Assembly: GCA_002269645.1 (NCBI GenBank)
Contig: NIVC01003497.1
Coordinates: 1 to 55,517, forward strand
Direction of reading: 5' to 3'
Origin: Macrostomum lignano
Taxonomy: Eukaryota
Length of the DNA stretch: 55,517 nucleotides
The notes beneath the pieces were generated by a model. The model was given only the letters and a program-made list of their open reading frames with translations, had not been told where the DNA came from and searched no databases. This document shows positions 32,320 to 44,829 of this stretch, in pieces. Position numbers and translations under genes: made by a program. Numbering within the stretch: the first letter of the stretch is position 1; the number at the start of each line of letters is the position of its first letter.

Positions 32320-32804
32320 AGCTGAAAGCGGGGGAGGGCTACTCGTTACGCGAGTTGAGTAACCCGACTGGCCGACACCTCAAGCCAACCGGTTTGAAAA
32401 AAGGACCGCTAGCGACCGGACTACTCCCCGGCCTTCCAGCCCATCGGCACGGTCAAACACCTTAGGCATTAGAGGGTACGTTAAGCAGTACCACGGCCTG
32501 CAGGCTGGCAAGCCAGACCCGCATGCCCAAATTCGGCCGAAGCCACTGGATGGGTCCCCAGCGCCGGAGCCCAGTCTGTCCAGCAGCCCTAGGGTCTGCC
32601 TTGAACACACGCGGGGACGGGTACCCCTCGTTCGACTTGCGCGACAGCGTGGGGGTCTGCGGCTGCCAGAGGCAAATAGAGGGTGCAGACCTTCCACCAG
32701 CCTTGACCTGCTGAAGATAGGGGCAGGCGTAAAGCATCGCAGACCTTAGCCCATGGGCCTAGTCTGTCTCATACTTCACTGGCATGCTGAATACGCCTTC
32801 GCGT

Positions 32805-33109
32805 GCAGTCGAGGGCTGCACAGGCGCCTCAGGGAGAGATCAGAGAGAGTGCAGCTTTCCTTATATCCACTAATCGATCTGTTGCACAGGGAGGCGACTC
32901 TCGTGCCACTTCAGCTTGCCCTGGTTCAGCAAGGTGTCCAAGAGCGTCAGCACAAAGTGAAGTACCGGGATATGCAGGAGAAAGTGGAGCGGTACTGGGC
33001 ACGCCATGACGCCGGACAGCTATCGCTAAGAGAATTTCTACAAGACTGCTCCCGCCTCGGCCACATCCCGCGATTCGGACACATTGGTGTGAATCTTGTG
33101 CAGCAGTGA
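32805..33109 (+). pseudogene. C-terminal fragment of the MULE-type transposase
   Basis: AVEG(W)HRRL...LYPLIDLLHREA..V..Q..LV...RQ..KYRDMQ...W..HD.G..S..EFL..CS, the typical post-DDE tail of animal MULE transposases (one frameshift). Confidence 0.65.
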
Positions 33110-33914
33110 TTTATTTCTTTCGTGAGCTCTATACTGGCGTTTTTATTCTGGCAATTGAGAAGAACAATGTATTTATTGCTTGCAACTTTATGATTTCCTA
33201 TGCATATGCAAAAATGTTTTCGCGACTTCTTTTGAAAATAAATAAATTTCATTTACATGCACATATACTGGTATTTGTGTTGTTAACATGTACTCCTGGA
33301 AGCAACTCCTTATTAATAGAAAAGTTGGTTTAAACCAGTTGTGACTCTTGTGTACAAGCAGTACAACAGTCTCTAAGCGGGAAGTTCTGTTATTTTTTCT
33401 TGCATATTTTCTTGCTCATTTGTGAATTTCGCAATACTCTCAATATTATAATTATTTATTTATTATATACCAGCTACTATATCTACAATAAATCAATCGC
33501 TAAAACTTCTTTATAAAAAATCGTTGTCGTTCCTTGTCTTGCGGTTTTATTTTATCAAATACAGTTAAAGTTGAAATGAAAGACATCAATGAATAAAGGA
33601 GATAGGGTATGTACATTCAATACATACATGTACAAACGTGCATGTATAGCTCGCTGAGTAGGTCAGAAATTAATTTTCAAAACAAAACACTTTTGCGAGG
33701 CCAAACTTGAAATGTTCGAACGTACAGAAACTGATAACTGGAAGAGCAGTTTATCCCTGTGCGGTTCATTTCAGGAGAGTGAAAAGTCGAGTAATATCTG
33801 TACATGAAAATTGAATAATTAGTCGGCGGTGAGTGAGTGCGATAATCTGTTTTTATGTGACAGTTATATGAGTGCAGTGTAGAAGTATTACTAATTTGTA
33901 CGAGTCACAAGAAT

Positions 33915-34625
33915 GGGTGAGAGAATTGGTGAGAGTGCAGAGTGAGAATGAGTGAGAGAGTGAGTGAGTGGGTGAGAATGAGTGGGAGAGTGATGAGTGA
34001 GAGAGTGCAGAGTGAGAATGAGTGAGAGAGTGAATGAGTGAGTGAGAATTGGTGAGAGAGTGCAGAGTGAGAATGAGTGAGAGAGTGAGTGAGTGGGTGA
34101 GAATGAGTGAGAGAGTGCAGAGTGAGAATGAGTGACAGAGTGCAGAGTGAGAATGAGTGAGAGAGTGCAGAGTGAGAATGAGTGAGAGAGTGCAGAGGGA
34201 GAATGAGTGAGAGAGTGCAGAGTGAGAATGAGTGAGAGAGTGAGTGAGTGAGTGAGAATTGGTGAGAGAGTGCAGAGTGAGAATGAGTGAGAGAGTGAGT
34301 GAGTGGGTGAGAATGAGTGAGAGAGTGCAGAGTGAGAATGAGTGACAGAGTGCAGAGTGAGAATGAGTGAGAGAGTGCAGAGTGAGAATGAGTGAGAGAG
34401 TGAGTGAGTGAGTGAGAATGAGTGAGAGAGTCCAGAGTGAGAATGAGTGACAGAGTGCAGAGGGAGAATGAGTGAGAGAGTTCAGAGTGAGAATGAGTGA
34501 GAGAGTGAGTGAGTGCAGAATGAGAATGAGTGACAGAGTGCAGAGTGAGAATGGGTGAGAGAGTGAGTGAGTGCAGAATGAGAATGAGTGACAGAGTGCA
34601 GAGTGAGAATGGGTGAGAGACTGAG
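33915..34625. repeat. GA-rich ~25-bp minisatellite (GAGTGAGAGAGTGCAGAGTGAGAAT)
   Basis: About 700 bp of variant tandem units. Confidence 0.93.
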
Positions 34626-35494
34626 TAAGATTGAGTTGATTCTACATGCTTGAGTAGTACAGATTCCGTTAATTCCTGGCAGTTTGTCCAGACAGCCAGA
34701 CCGAGGTTGACTCAGCAACTACAGCTATTTGAGATTCAGCTTGATAGATAATTTGAATATTATGTGGTTACAGTTAGGGTAGCAATTAAATAAGTTTTTT
34801 ATTTTCGAATTGACCCCGCAGTTTCGAAACAAATCGAAAGCAAACGAATCACTGGGCATATGTGCTTCTGGAAGTTGCCACTCGCGGATTAAATTAGTTG
34901 ACAGCTGCATGAGCCAGCGAATGCATTTTTTATTCCAGGTTCTGTGCTGTTGTTGTAGCATTCTATGCTTTACTGCCGGTGGGTTTTGAGACAAGCAATG
35001 TGTACGGGTCTCTCAAACTAAAAAATAACGACTTTGCGATGAGGTACAGGCGCAGATGGAGGAGTTGGGAAAGATAGCTATAGCTGAGATTGTTATCGAA
35101 ACTAGTACGCATATTTTTGTGCAGTTACTAAGCAACTGTTTTGTCAAGCACATCTGCTCTCTATGGAGATCATAAAACACTTAAAGGGCAGCTTAATTTC
35201 TATGCGCAAAATGACAATACTCATCCAGCATTGTGTAAACATACGGGTGATATATGAGTCGGCAAACTAGATCGCAAAAGGCCGTGTATATTGAAGACGT
35301 GAATGAGTTATTGAAATCATGCACAATCACGAGTAGCTTACCAATCAATTAAGACTATTGGTCGAAAATGTGTCTACCGGTACAGGCATGTCTCTAGCCT
35401 TGCATCTGAATCTGGTCATTCTCCGCTATTTTTTCCCAAAACATCCTTCCTGACTTCAAATATTTTTAACTCGTATGCACGCAGCAGCAGCTGT

Positions 35495-36126
35495 TTTCCG
35501 CTCTCTCTCTCTCTCTCCTTTCTACTCTCTCCCTTCTCCCTTCTTCTCTTTTCTCTCCTCTCTCTTCTCTCCCTTTCCCTCTCTCCTTGTCCTCTCGATT
35601 CTCCCGAATTCTCTCGATTATCTATACTCTCTCCTCACTCCACTTCTCTCTCCCATTGTCTCTCTCCTCTCTGCTCTCACATATTTCTCTTCCCTCTCCT
35701 CTCTCCTCTCATCTCTGTAATCTCTTCTCTCTCCTCTGTTCTAGCTCTACTCTCACATCTCTTGTCTCTGCTCTCTCATCTCTCCTTTCTCCTCTTTCAT
35801 CTCTCCCATCTCATCTCTTCTCTCTTCTTTCATCCTTCCTCTCTCGTCTCTCCCCTCTTCTCTCTCCTCTCGTCTCCTCTCCTCTCTGCTCTCCTCTCTC
35901 ATAACTCCTCTCTCCTGTCTCATCTCTCTACTCTCTCATCTCTACTCTCTTGTATCTCCTCTTCTACTTTCTCATATCTACTCTCTCCTCACTCGATCAT
36001 CTCATCTCTCTCATCTCTACCTCTTCTCACCTCTACTCTCTCCTCCCGTTTCTCTCGCCCCTCTTTTCTCTCTCCCTCCTCTCTCCCCTTCTTCTCTCCC
36101 CTCTCCTTGATCACTCCTCTCCTCTC
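35495..36126. repeat. CT-rich polypyrimidine low-complexity tract
   Basis: About 630 bp of mostly C/T. Confidence 0.92.
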
Positions 36127-36790
36127 ACAGTAAATGTATGAAATCTTCCGATGGAATAAGCTACGGGAGTTTTTTGATGAGGATCTGCCGGGAAAGTAGT
36201 ATGAAGTTGTATATAAATGAATTTGTATTTAAAATTTTATTTAGCTTTCTATTCAAAAGCCTTCCTGCAATTGCAAAACTACATGTATCTAGTAAAAATC
36301 CTAAAAAGCATTTTCTTGTGCTAAAAACATTTAGACTGTTAGTTAAATCAGCTTAGCTATTGTATTCATTCATTGCGAGGTATTTTTTAGATGTCATTTT
36401 AACTTTTCGGTGAAAATTTGCTTTTACAATAATTAAAAAAAGCTCATTCGATTCGAGATGTTGCCCCTTAAGTTTTTACTGGGCCACGACTGCCCCCCCC
36501 CACATCCTGAAACCTCTGGACGCGCCTCTGTTCCCTTTAATTTCAGCTCACTATCACACCTCCCTCCCTCCCAATCTTATCATAGCCACTATATTCTACT
36601 ATAAACTCCTATACTGATCCTGTTCTATCCCATTCGATTTTCGACTTTCGAACTCCATCAATGTTCGCCCCACACAGTAGTACATGTACACTTCACCAAC
36701 TTAATGGCATCATTTCAAGCACCATTGTAATTTGTAACTTTGTTACAATTACGAAGTCGACGAGGGTTGGGGATTCGAGTTAGTGGAAAC

Positions 36791-36825
36791 CACAGATACT
36801 ATATAATAGTTATATAGTATCTGTG
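36791..36825. mobile_element. 35-bp micro-MITE
   Basis: 15-bp perfect TIR CACAGATACTATATA / TATATAGTATCTGTG, 5-bp spacer, perfect 8-bp TSD GTGGAAAC at 36783-36790 and 36826-36833. Confidence 0.8.
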
Positions 36826-38157
36826 GTGGAAACTATTTTTTTTTATTAACTATAAGTTCCGGCAAGCAGAACCGGATCGATCGACAGGTTTTATCAACCG
36901 AGATGACAAAATGACTGGAATTCATTAGGATTCCAAGTACATGTAAATATGTTTGATTGCCACATTTGCTTCGTTGAAACTAATATGATTGGTGGATGAC
37001 GAAATGACTCTCTTCAGGTAGTGCCTGCTAATTAAGATGACGAAGTGACCCTAGTCGAGGTGGGGTGATGCACCACCCCAGATGACGAAATGGCAGACGA
37101 CGAAATGACTAGGAACTGCGAAAATCGAGATGTACGTTTCCATGTCAACAATTTGTACATGTAAATATAATCTGACGTCCTACTCTACATGACATGAGAT
37201 TTAAGTACACTTAAGCACCTATTATTAAGGTCCACATCAGCCATTAGCAAGACAAGCAAGAGGCAGCATCAAACGTTAAAAATTAGCCTTCAGCGATTGA
37301 ACAGGTAAACTAACTACCAAGGAACTATGGAAAGGCTTTATAAGTTTATAATGCAAATTAACTGGCCCAAATTACCGCAAAATTGGCCTACTCGTATTGA
37401 ATTCAAAAGGTGAACTGCTGTCCATGCTCAAATGCTTCTGAGTTTTTAACTAGCTCTCGTGACCAGATTGAGCACGAAATGGCCCAGACAGAACGCAAAG
37501 AGACATCAAAGAGACTGGTCTTGACGAACAGCTCCAAGATCTGATTCATGGCATTCATGTTGCTGCATAAGAAACGAGCGCGAGCTGTTTTATTTGCATG
37601 GACCAGTCAAAAATAATGTGAATTACATGCAGTTTCGCGGGAAAGAGATATGCCAAAATTAATTAGTTTTTAATACCAAATCAAGCAAGCAGCTAAAAAG
37701 AAGAGAGAAAATTGTAAAATTTTAGATACATTGTGAACGACGCAAACTGCAGCTGCAGGCAAAAAAATGCATCTGAAATTCGCCCGAGAGAGACCGGCAA
37801 TTGCGAAGCTGCCGCCCAGCCTCAGGCACTCACCGGTTATCTCACTGGTATTTAGCCTCAGGCGAGCGAGCATTATTGTGTTGTTACTCTCGCGTTTGAG
37901 AGTAAGTTGCCCAATGGAGAATAAAAATTTGACCAGGTTTAGTGCAAGCACAATGGCAAAAAACTCAGACTCACAGACAAGCTCAAACCCCGCCACAGTG
38001 ACCACCCCACACTCTCGGTTCCATAAAAGCCGCTCGCCCCCTCGAGCACCTGCTTTTTTCGCTGCTGCATCATCTCATTTTCGTCTGCCAGACTGCTGAG
38101 AGCTTAAGAGCCGAGCTTCGAAGGTCCAAGTCCGAAGAGGGAAGGTAGAGCACCAAC

Positions 38158-41100
38158 ATGTCTTCTGCAAACGAAACCAAGACCGTGAAGACGGTGAAGA
38201 CCATCACCTCCACCAGCGGCGGTCAGGCCGGCACCACCAGCGGCGGCTCCGTCACCTCCCGCTCTGAGAGCAGCAGCGGTAGCTTCACAAAACGTGGCCC
38301 AATCACCGCGTCAAAGACCGTCGTTATCAACAGGTCGCTGCCTGGCAGCTTGTCTGTGCAGACGAGGGACAGCGTTGACTCCGCCGTGCGAGTGCAGCGA
38401 AGCTACACCGCCGCCTCTAGCGAGCTGCAGCAGACAACAGCCGGGCTTAACAACATGCTGACGGGACGGGAGAAGGAGAAGAAGGACATGCGGGAGCTGA
38501 ACGAACGATTTGCCAGCTACATCGAGAAGGTAGGCAATAAGTGCTTTCCGTTCCGCATATCTCCAGCATGCACGTGCTCGCATGGACGGGGACTAATTTT
38601 TAAATCTGACATTTCTTATAGGTTCGCTTCTTGGAGGCCCAGAACCGCAAGCTGTCGGAGGAGCTCCAGAAGCTGCGCGACTCCTGGGGCAAGGAGACGG
38701 AGAAGGTGAGGTCCCTATACGAGACTGAGCTGGCCCAGCTGCGCAAGCTGCTGGAAGACGCGGATCAGTACAAGGCGACCATGGAGGTTCGCGTCACCAC
38801 TCTTGAGGATCAGCTGAACGAGATGGAGCAGCTGTGAGTTCAAAAAGACTTTCAACCCTTTCTCAAGTATGGACATGTCAAGGTGTAGTCGATATTAGGG
38901 CTTATGTTAAAATAACGCTTACAGATATACTCCATCAACTTTAGTACGAGTGCAGGATATATTCCATAAGGTATTCCACAAGGTAACCCATCGCACTTTC
39001 AGGCTGGAAGAGGCCAACCGCGTGCACGCTAACGACCGGGACACCATCGACAAGCTCAACCAGCAGATGGCTGACTACGACGGCGAGATCTCGCTGTTGC
39101 GCAGGCGCGTCGCTTCATTCGACGACGAGCGGGCGCGCGACCAGGCCGAGATCAAGCGGCTGAGGCAGGATGTGGCCCGGCTCAGAGGCGTGAGTTTCAT
39201 CGGGGTTGCCTGTGGCTTTGATTTGCACGGGTGTGATCCTACTTTGCGGGAAGCTCAAATCAGTCGATACTAGAGAAGAATTATTTTATAAATGTTTATT
39301 TCGCTTGGTAGAGGTCTCTGCAAACAAAGCAGTATGATGTACCCTATGTAGCAATATGTATCTGCATTGGTGACTCTAGAAGGTTCTCTAGCACTGTTCT
39401 CAAGCCCTAATAAAGCTTTTGCGAGACGCATGATTCAGCACTTTGCCGCGGGGTGAAAAGCGCTTGCGACAGCGAATAAACATAGGTAGGCTAATTGTAG
39501 CAACAATTGCAACCCATTGTCCAACTCTATTTGGGGGCTACTAGATGCTTCTTGCCAAGTCACGTCCCCTAAGACTGCGGCGGCGCCAACAAGAGCGGGT
39601 GCCTGAGGCCCTGGCTGGAGCATGGCAATCGCTTTAAACTCGTGCGGCAGAGAACATCAATAGAATGAAAGCCAGCTTGCAACTCAAACAGTCCCAACAA
39701 AAATATGGCGCCAGGGGCAATATTCTCCATCTCAGCCAGCGACTCGGGCAGCCGTAGATAACAAAGCACTTGATGAAAAATGCAAATTTGTGTTGAATTG
39801 AATAGCAGCAGTGGAAGAAAAAGCGAGAGAACGCAACTGCGCAGTCTTGCGCTCATGACTAGGCTGGGTGGGGCTACCTTCTCACAATTAAAAATGCAGC
39901 TTCAGTCCATTGTGAGTCCCCTACTGGCATAAAATGAAATTTGAAAAGAATAGGAACTTTATTGTCCAGCTCTAACCCACGATGACCCCCTCAAGACATC
40001 GCATGTCCATGCTACCTTGGGCATTGTTGCACCCTACCCATATTTTTCATTCTCCAAACAGCAGACAAACACAACCGTAGAACTGCAAAACAGGGCGTTG
40101 ACCGCTTATTCAGGTCATGGAGCCGAGCGAAAGAAGTTTCTTAGTGGACAAATTTGGTGATGCCTTGGCGCTTGGTCTCTGACAGTCTGGTCTGGGTGCT
40201 TTGAATGTGTAGCGCATGTGTGTTGTGTATCGTAAGGCACAATAAAAAACGTGTTCGCTGAGTCATGCAGAACTGAGTTATTGTCAGTATCTTCTACAGT
40301 AAGTGAGTGCGCTTCATTCAAACACGGTTTTTGCAGTTCGAACCAAATATTATGTTAGGACAAAATATGACTTCCTTTCTCATCCAAATGTAAACTAGAA
40401 TACGAAATACCTTCGTTAAATAGGATTGCTAAAGGCTTTATCTTCTTTCACGTTTCTTCTAACTTATAGATTTCATAACAAATGGCAAAATATTTACGTA
40501 TAATTAGGAATTCTGCGCCCCCGTTCGCAGGACCTGGACACGGAGACGCTGAACCACATCAACGCCGAGAATTCTGCCCAGTCACTGCGCGAGGAGCTTG
40601 AATTCCTTCGTGCTCTGCATGATTCTGTAAGTGAACTGTGTACTTTGTTACCAAACGGCTAGTAGGTTGAATCGGACATATAATTTAAATTTCATTTCTG
40701 CAGGAGCTCAAAGAACTTTCAGCCCTGGCCTATCGTGACACAACCTCGGAAAACCGCGAGTTCTGGAAGAACGAAATGGCCCAGGCTCTGCACGAAATCC
40801 AGCGCGAATACGATTCCAAGCTGGACGTTGTCCGAAGCGAGATGGAGTCTCAGTACAGCATCAAGGTGCAGGAGGCTCGCACGAGCAACACGCGTGACAA
40901 CATGGAGCTAACCCACCTCAAGGAGGAGAACCGGCGCATCAAGTCCCAGGTGCGTACGGCGGCGTCGCTCCGCTTAATACATTAATGCTAAAATGCGCGA
41001 GAATTGTACGCTTTTCCTCTGAAATTTTCCATTCGATCAGATCGGAGACGCTCGCAACCGGATCCCGGAGCTGGAGGCGCGCAACGCACAGCTGGAGCGC

Positions 41101-41562
41101 GAAATCGAAGATCTGCGCCGCGAGCTGGAGGAGACGATGCGCTCAAGCGAGCTGGAGAAGAACCAGCTGCAGGCCGACCTGTCCAGCTGCAACGCCACCT
41201 TGGCTGAGTACCTGCGCGAGCTGCAGACACTGATGGACGCCAAGCTCAGCTTGGAGCTCGAGATCCACGCCTACAGAAAGCTGCTCGAGGGAGAGGAGAT
41301 CAGGTTAGGGGCCAGAAACTGATTAATAACTTTCCGAACAAACTACGAGCATTCAACCGGTCGTCACAAGTCATCCAGAGTTTTGTCTCGCCAGTAAAAA
41401 AGCGAGAGGAGATCCCATTCGTCTAATGTGCTAATATGTTATTCAGCCCGATACCCTCAACCGCTGCAGGATCAACCAGACCAGCATCAGCAGCCGCGAG
41501 GGATCCTCGTCAAGGACCACCACCGTCATCGAGCAGCAGACCTCCTCCAGTTCTGAGATGTC

Positions 41563-41596
<34 letters not shown>

Positions 41597-43027
41597 ATTT
41601 CTCAGCAGCAAGGTTGGCACATCCATTAATGTGCAAATATTTATGCAGCAGAAATTGTATTAAATAACTAAAACAAATTGTACATTCAATATCTCCCTAC
41701 AACTCCCCTTCCAGCTCGTCAGCAGGGTAAGCTCACTTCTCAACCTTACTCGATACGCCATGGCTCTATTCCTTAAAAACTCAACTGCCCACCCCTCCGA
41801 TTGTAGTGAGCATCATGAAGGGCTCGATGACCGCCAAGACTTCGGCCCAGCGGACCTCGAAGGGCAGCATCACCATCCAGGAATGCGATAGCGAGGGCAA
41901 GTTCGTAACTCTGGAGTTCACCGGCAAGAAGGTTTGTCTATTTACTAATATTCTCTAGGTGTAACTCTGACTTGAAATTTCCCTAAAATAGCACCTCATC
42001 TGGTCTCTTACAGAAGGAGGATCTGAGCGACTGGACCCTGGTGCGAAACGTCGACAACGAGAAGCTCATCGTGAAATACACCTTCCCGAAGGACACCGTC
42101 ATGGATAGCGGAAACAAGACCATTAAGGTAAACCTACCGGGAAAAGCTTCATGAAGCTAGCAAAGGTGGACACAAACTACTAGCAGTAGTCGTGACACGT
42201 GAACGTCTCTACTCTGAATTTTCCGCAGATCTGGGCCAAGGGCCAAAGGCCTGCCGACAGCAAGGATCTGGAGATGAACGACCAGAGCTGGGGCATGGGC
42301 TCCCACATCGTCACGATGCTGTCCAACGCTGATGGAGAGGTAAACTGCGAAAACTCATGTCGGTCGCTATGCATACCCCTCTCTGCGTCAGTCTCTCCCA
42401 CAACCCCTCTCTGCGTCAGTCTCTCCCACAACCTCTCTCTGCGTCAGTCTCTCCCACAACCTCTCTCTGCGTCAGTCTCTCCCACAACCCCTCTCTGCGT
42501 CAGTCTCTCCCACACTGCCTACCCCTCTCTGCGTCAGTCTCTCCCACAACCTCTCTCTGCGTCAGTCTCTCCCACAACCCCTCTCTGCGTCAGTCTCTCC
42601 CACAACCTCTCTCTGCGTCAGTCTCTCCCACAACCTCTCTCTGCGTCAGTCTCTCCCACAACCCCTCACTGCGTCAGTCTCTCCCACAACCTCTCTCTGC
42701 GTCAGTCTCTCCCACAACCTCTCTCTGCGTCAGTCTCTCCCACAACCCCTCTCTGCGTCAGTCTCTCCCACAACCCCTCACTGCGTCAGTCTCTCCCACA
42801 ACCCCTCTCTGCGTCAGTCTCTCCCACAACCCCTCACTGCATTAGTCTCTCCCACACTGCCTACCCCTCACTGCGTCAGTCTCTCCCACACTGCCTACCC
42901 CTCTCTGCCTCAGTCTAATTTCCAACCCACAATACCTTAAGCATCTCTTTGAACCAAGCCAACCCAACCATCGCTACAACAGGAAAAGGCCACCCACACC
43001 CAGAAGACAACCTACAGCACTGAGTAA
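38158..43027 (+). CDS. Cytoplasmic intermediate filament protein of protostome type (long coil 1b, lamin-tail domain, no CaaX)
   Basis: Exons 38158-38529, 38622-38833, 39003-39189, 40531-40626, 40704-40949, 41041-41303, 41470-41612, 41715-41726, 41807-41931, 42014-42127, 42229-42339 and 42983-43027, phases consistent. Motifs LNERFASYIEKVRFLE, KLSLELEIHAYRKLLEGEE, LTD (SKGSITIQECDSEGKF..., WTLVR, IWA); ends TYSTE*. Confidence 0.95.
42370..42915. repeat. ~28-bp minisatellite (CTCTCTGCGTCAGTCTCTCCCACAACC) in the last IF intron
   Basis: About 19 variant tandem units. Confidence 0.94.
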
Positions 43028-44829
43028 GCCAGCGGTTGAAGAAAGAAGAATGACGTCGTTGAAGCGTGCTGTGATTGAAAACTTAAAGTTAAATTTAGTA
43101 AAAGACTAACAGCAGCGGAAGCACTGGAATTTGACTGGCAGATCGCTACCCCCTATTTCCATTAAATCAATTTCTTAGGTACTAAAAATTCAAAGCAGTT
43201 TTCAATAATACTCGTACCTTCAGTTAATTTACATTTACAGTATGTCTACTCGTATCAGCCATTATAACAGTAGTGCTACACGTGTTTTATATCACTTTTT
43301 AGTCTAATCCCAAAAGCGCTGAACATGATAAGTCTATAAAGTCAGCGAGACACTCTGTGACCCCTCCTCAGCATCTACTATTTAGCCCTATTAACATTAG
43401 GTAATACAATTTATCTATAACCAAATTTAAAGAAAACATTAAATACTTTTAAAATAAACTTCATCGCGTTCCATTTCATTATTACACAACTACTTACTGG
43501 AGTTGCTGTCCTCATATTTTTGTTTTCTTTAATTTTAAAGATGGCTCTAATGTCGATATTCTACTACTAACTTACTAAGTCGTTGGGGAGTAGAATACAG
43601 GCCACTGTGCGGTAAATTTTGATAGAAAATTTTCAGTTTATTTATAAAGCTTTCTTAATTATATAAAATCAAAGAGCCACCTCTACTGCCTGCTTACTCG
43701 AAAGTAGTGTACATTGAATATAATAATAATGCGAGCGTGACTAAATCTGACTCAGAGGGATTGTGGCTCTGTGATTAGCAGGCGAATGTCCGCAACAGTC
43801 GCTCGCCATCCAGTTCCAACCCAAGTGGGTTTTTAATTTCAACTATCAGAAAACCTCTTTGATCTGCTGTCCCGCTTCTCGATTGCTAAATAGTTTCAAA
43901 AATAGAATTTTAAAGGCCGATGGAGTCAGCTGGGCAAACTGCGGGGACAGTCGGGGTGCTGTCAGAGATCTGGGGGTGCTGGGTGGGCAGCAGCGAGCAC
44001 CCGCTGCCAGCCACCCAGCTCACTCCTCAGCAGAGCCTGCCCGTGGGTCTGGTGTACGCAGTCACTCTTCTCCGTCTCTCGCTTTTAATTCGGGAGAGAC
44101 AGAGAAGCTGAAATCAAAATAATGGATGGAGAGCGCGCAGGCAAGCGGGTTGGAGGCGGTGGGGTGGCCGACCTGTGCCCAGCAATGCAGCAGCAGCAGC
44201 AGCGGTCTCAAAGACTGACCTGCTGCTCAGTTTAGCTCATTTGAGTAGAAAAACAGGCACGAAAGCTCGGCAATGGCAGGCTTGGAGTAGCCAAATCTGC
44301 AGACCAGAGAGAGACGCAAGGGACTCTGAAAGGTGAGCTGTTGTTTTTTTTAGAATTCATTCGCCATCTGATTAGTAGGGAGATCTATCTCAGAGAAATT
44401 TTGGGAAAAGAAACTATTCGATCAGATTATTGTCTACTTAGGCTCTAAAAGTGGAGATTTATTGTCAACTTACTGCGACGAAATCTCACAGGATCACACG
44501 GGATTTCTCAGAATTTTGCCATTCTCAAATGTCAGTCTGAGGAGGTCTGCAATAAGCCTGCTTTAAACATATTCCCTGAGACTGCCCAGGATCCAGAACT
44601 GTGATCGCCTTGAGTAGCTTTAGAGTTGACATTCAATCAAAATTTTATCCTCAAAACTCAGTAAAAGTCCTTGGACGTCTTTGGGTTTCTAATCGATTGG
44701 TCCCTGCTAGTTTTCCACTGCAGTCGGTTCCGTCTAGAGCTGAACCTGGGGGTCCATTCCGGTTCTCATTATAACACCCCTTAGATCTACCCCTGTTGCT
44801 GTAAAGCTGAAGGCTGATTGGGTAGTTTG

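Larger units (their letters stand above)
27875..32800 (-). mobile_element. Non-LTR retrotransposon (LINE) with RNase H, LOA/R1/I-group-like, inserted antisense in the MULE; boundaries approximate
   Basis: 5' UTR, ORF1, endonuclease remnant (SLSDH), linker PWWN, RT and RNase H in canonical order. Confidence 0.9.
27302..37117 (+). mobile_element. 9.8-kb Mutator-like (MULE) DNA transposon, internally disrupted
   Basis: Imperfect TIRs GGTCACTGGTCA / TGACTAGGAACT; subterminal GATGACGAA(A/G)TGAC repeats at both ends; perfect 8-bp TSD GCGAAAAT at 27294-27301 and 37118-37125; encloses PHD and transposase C-terminal fragments. Confidence 0.8.

Noticed and set aside
32330-32800. Possible HDV-like ribozyme in the LINE 5' UTR (known in some LOA/RTE/R2 elements)
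   Set aside because: Several complementary segments exist (GGTCTGC/GCAGACC, GGC-TTCG-GCC), but I could not fit a canonical P1-P2-P3-P1.1-P4 topology by hand; needs an Infernal or RNArobo search
36490-36530. MITE right end TCTGGACGCGCCTCTG
   Set aside because: No matching left TIR or TSD found nearby; only a fragment
38158-43027. Nuclear lamin
   Set aside because: No CaaX box or NLS; fits a cytoplasmic IF
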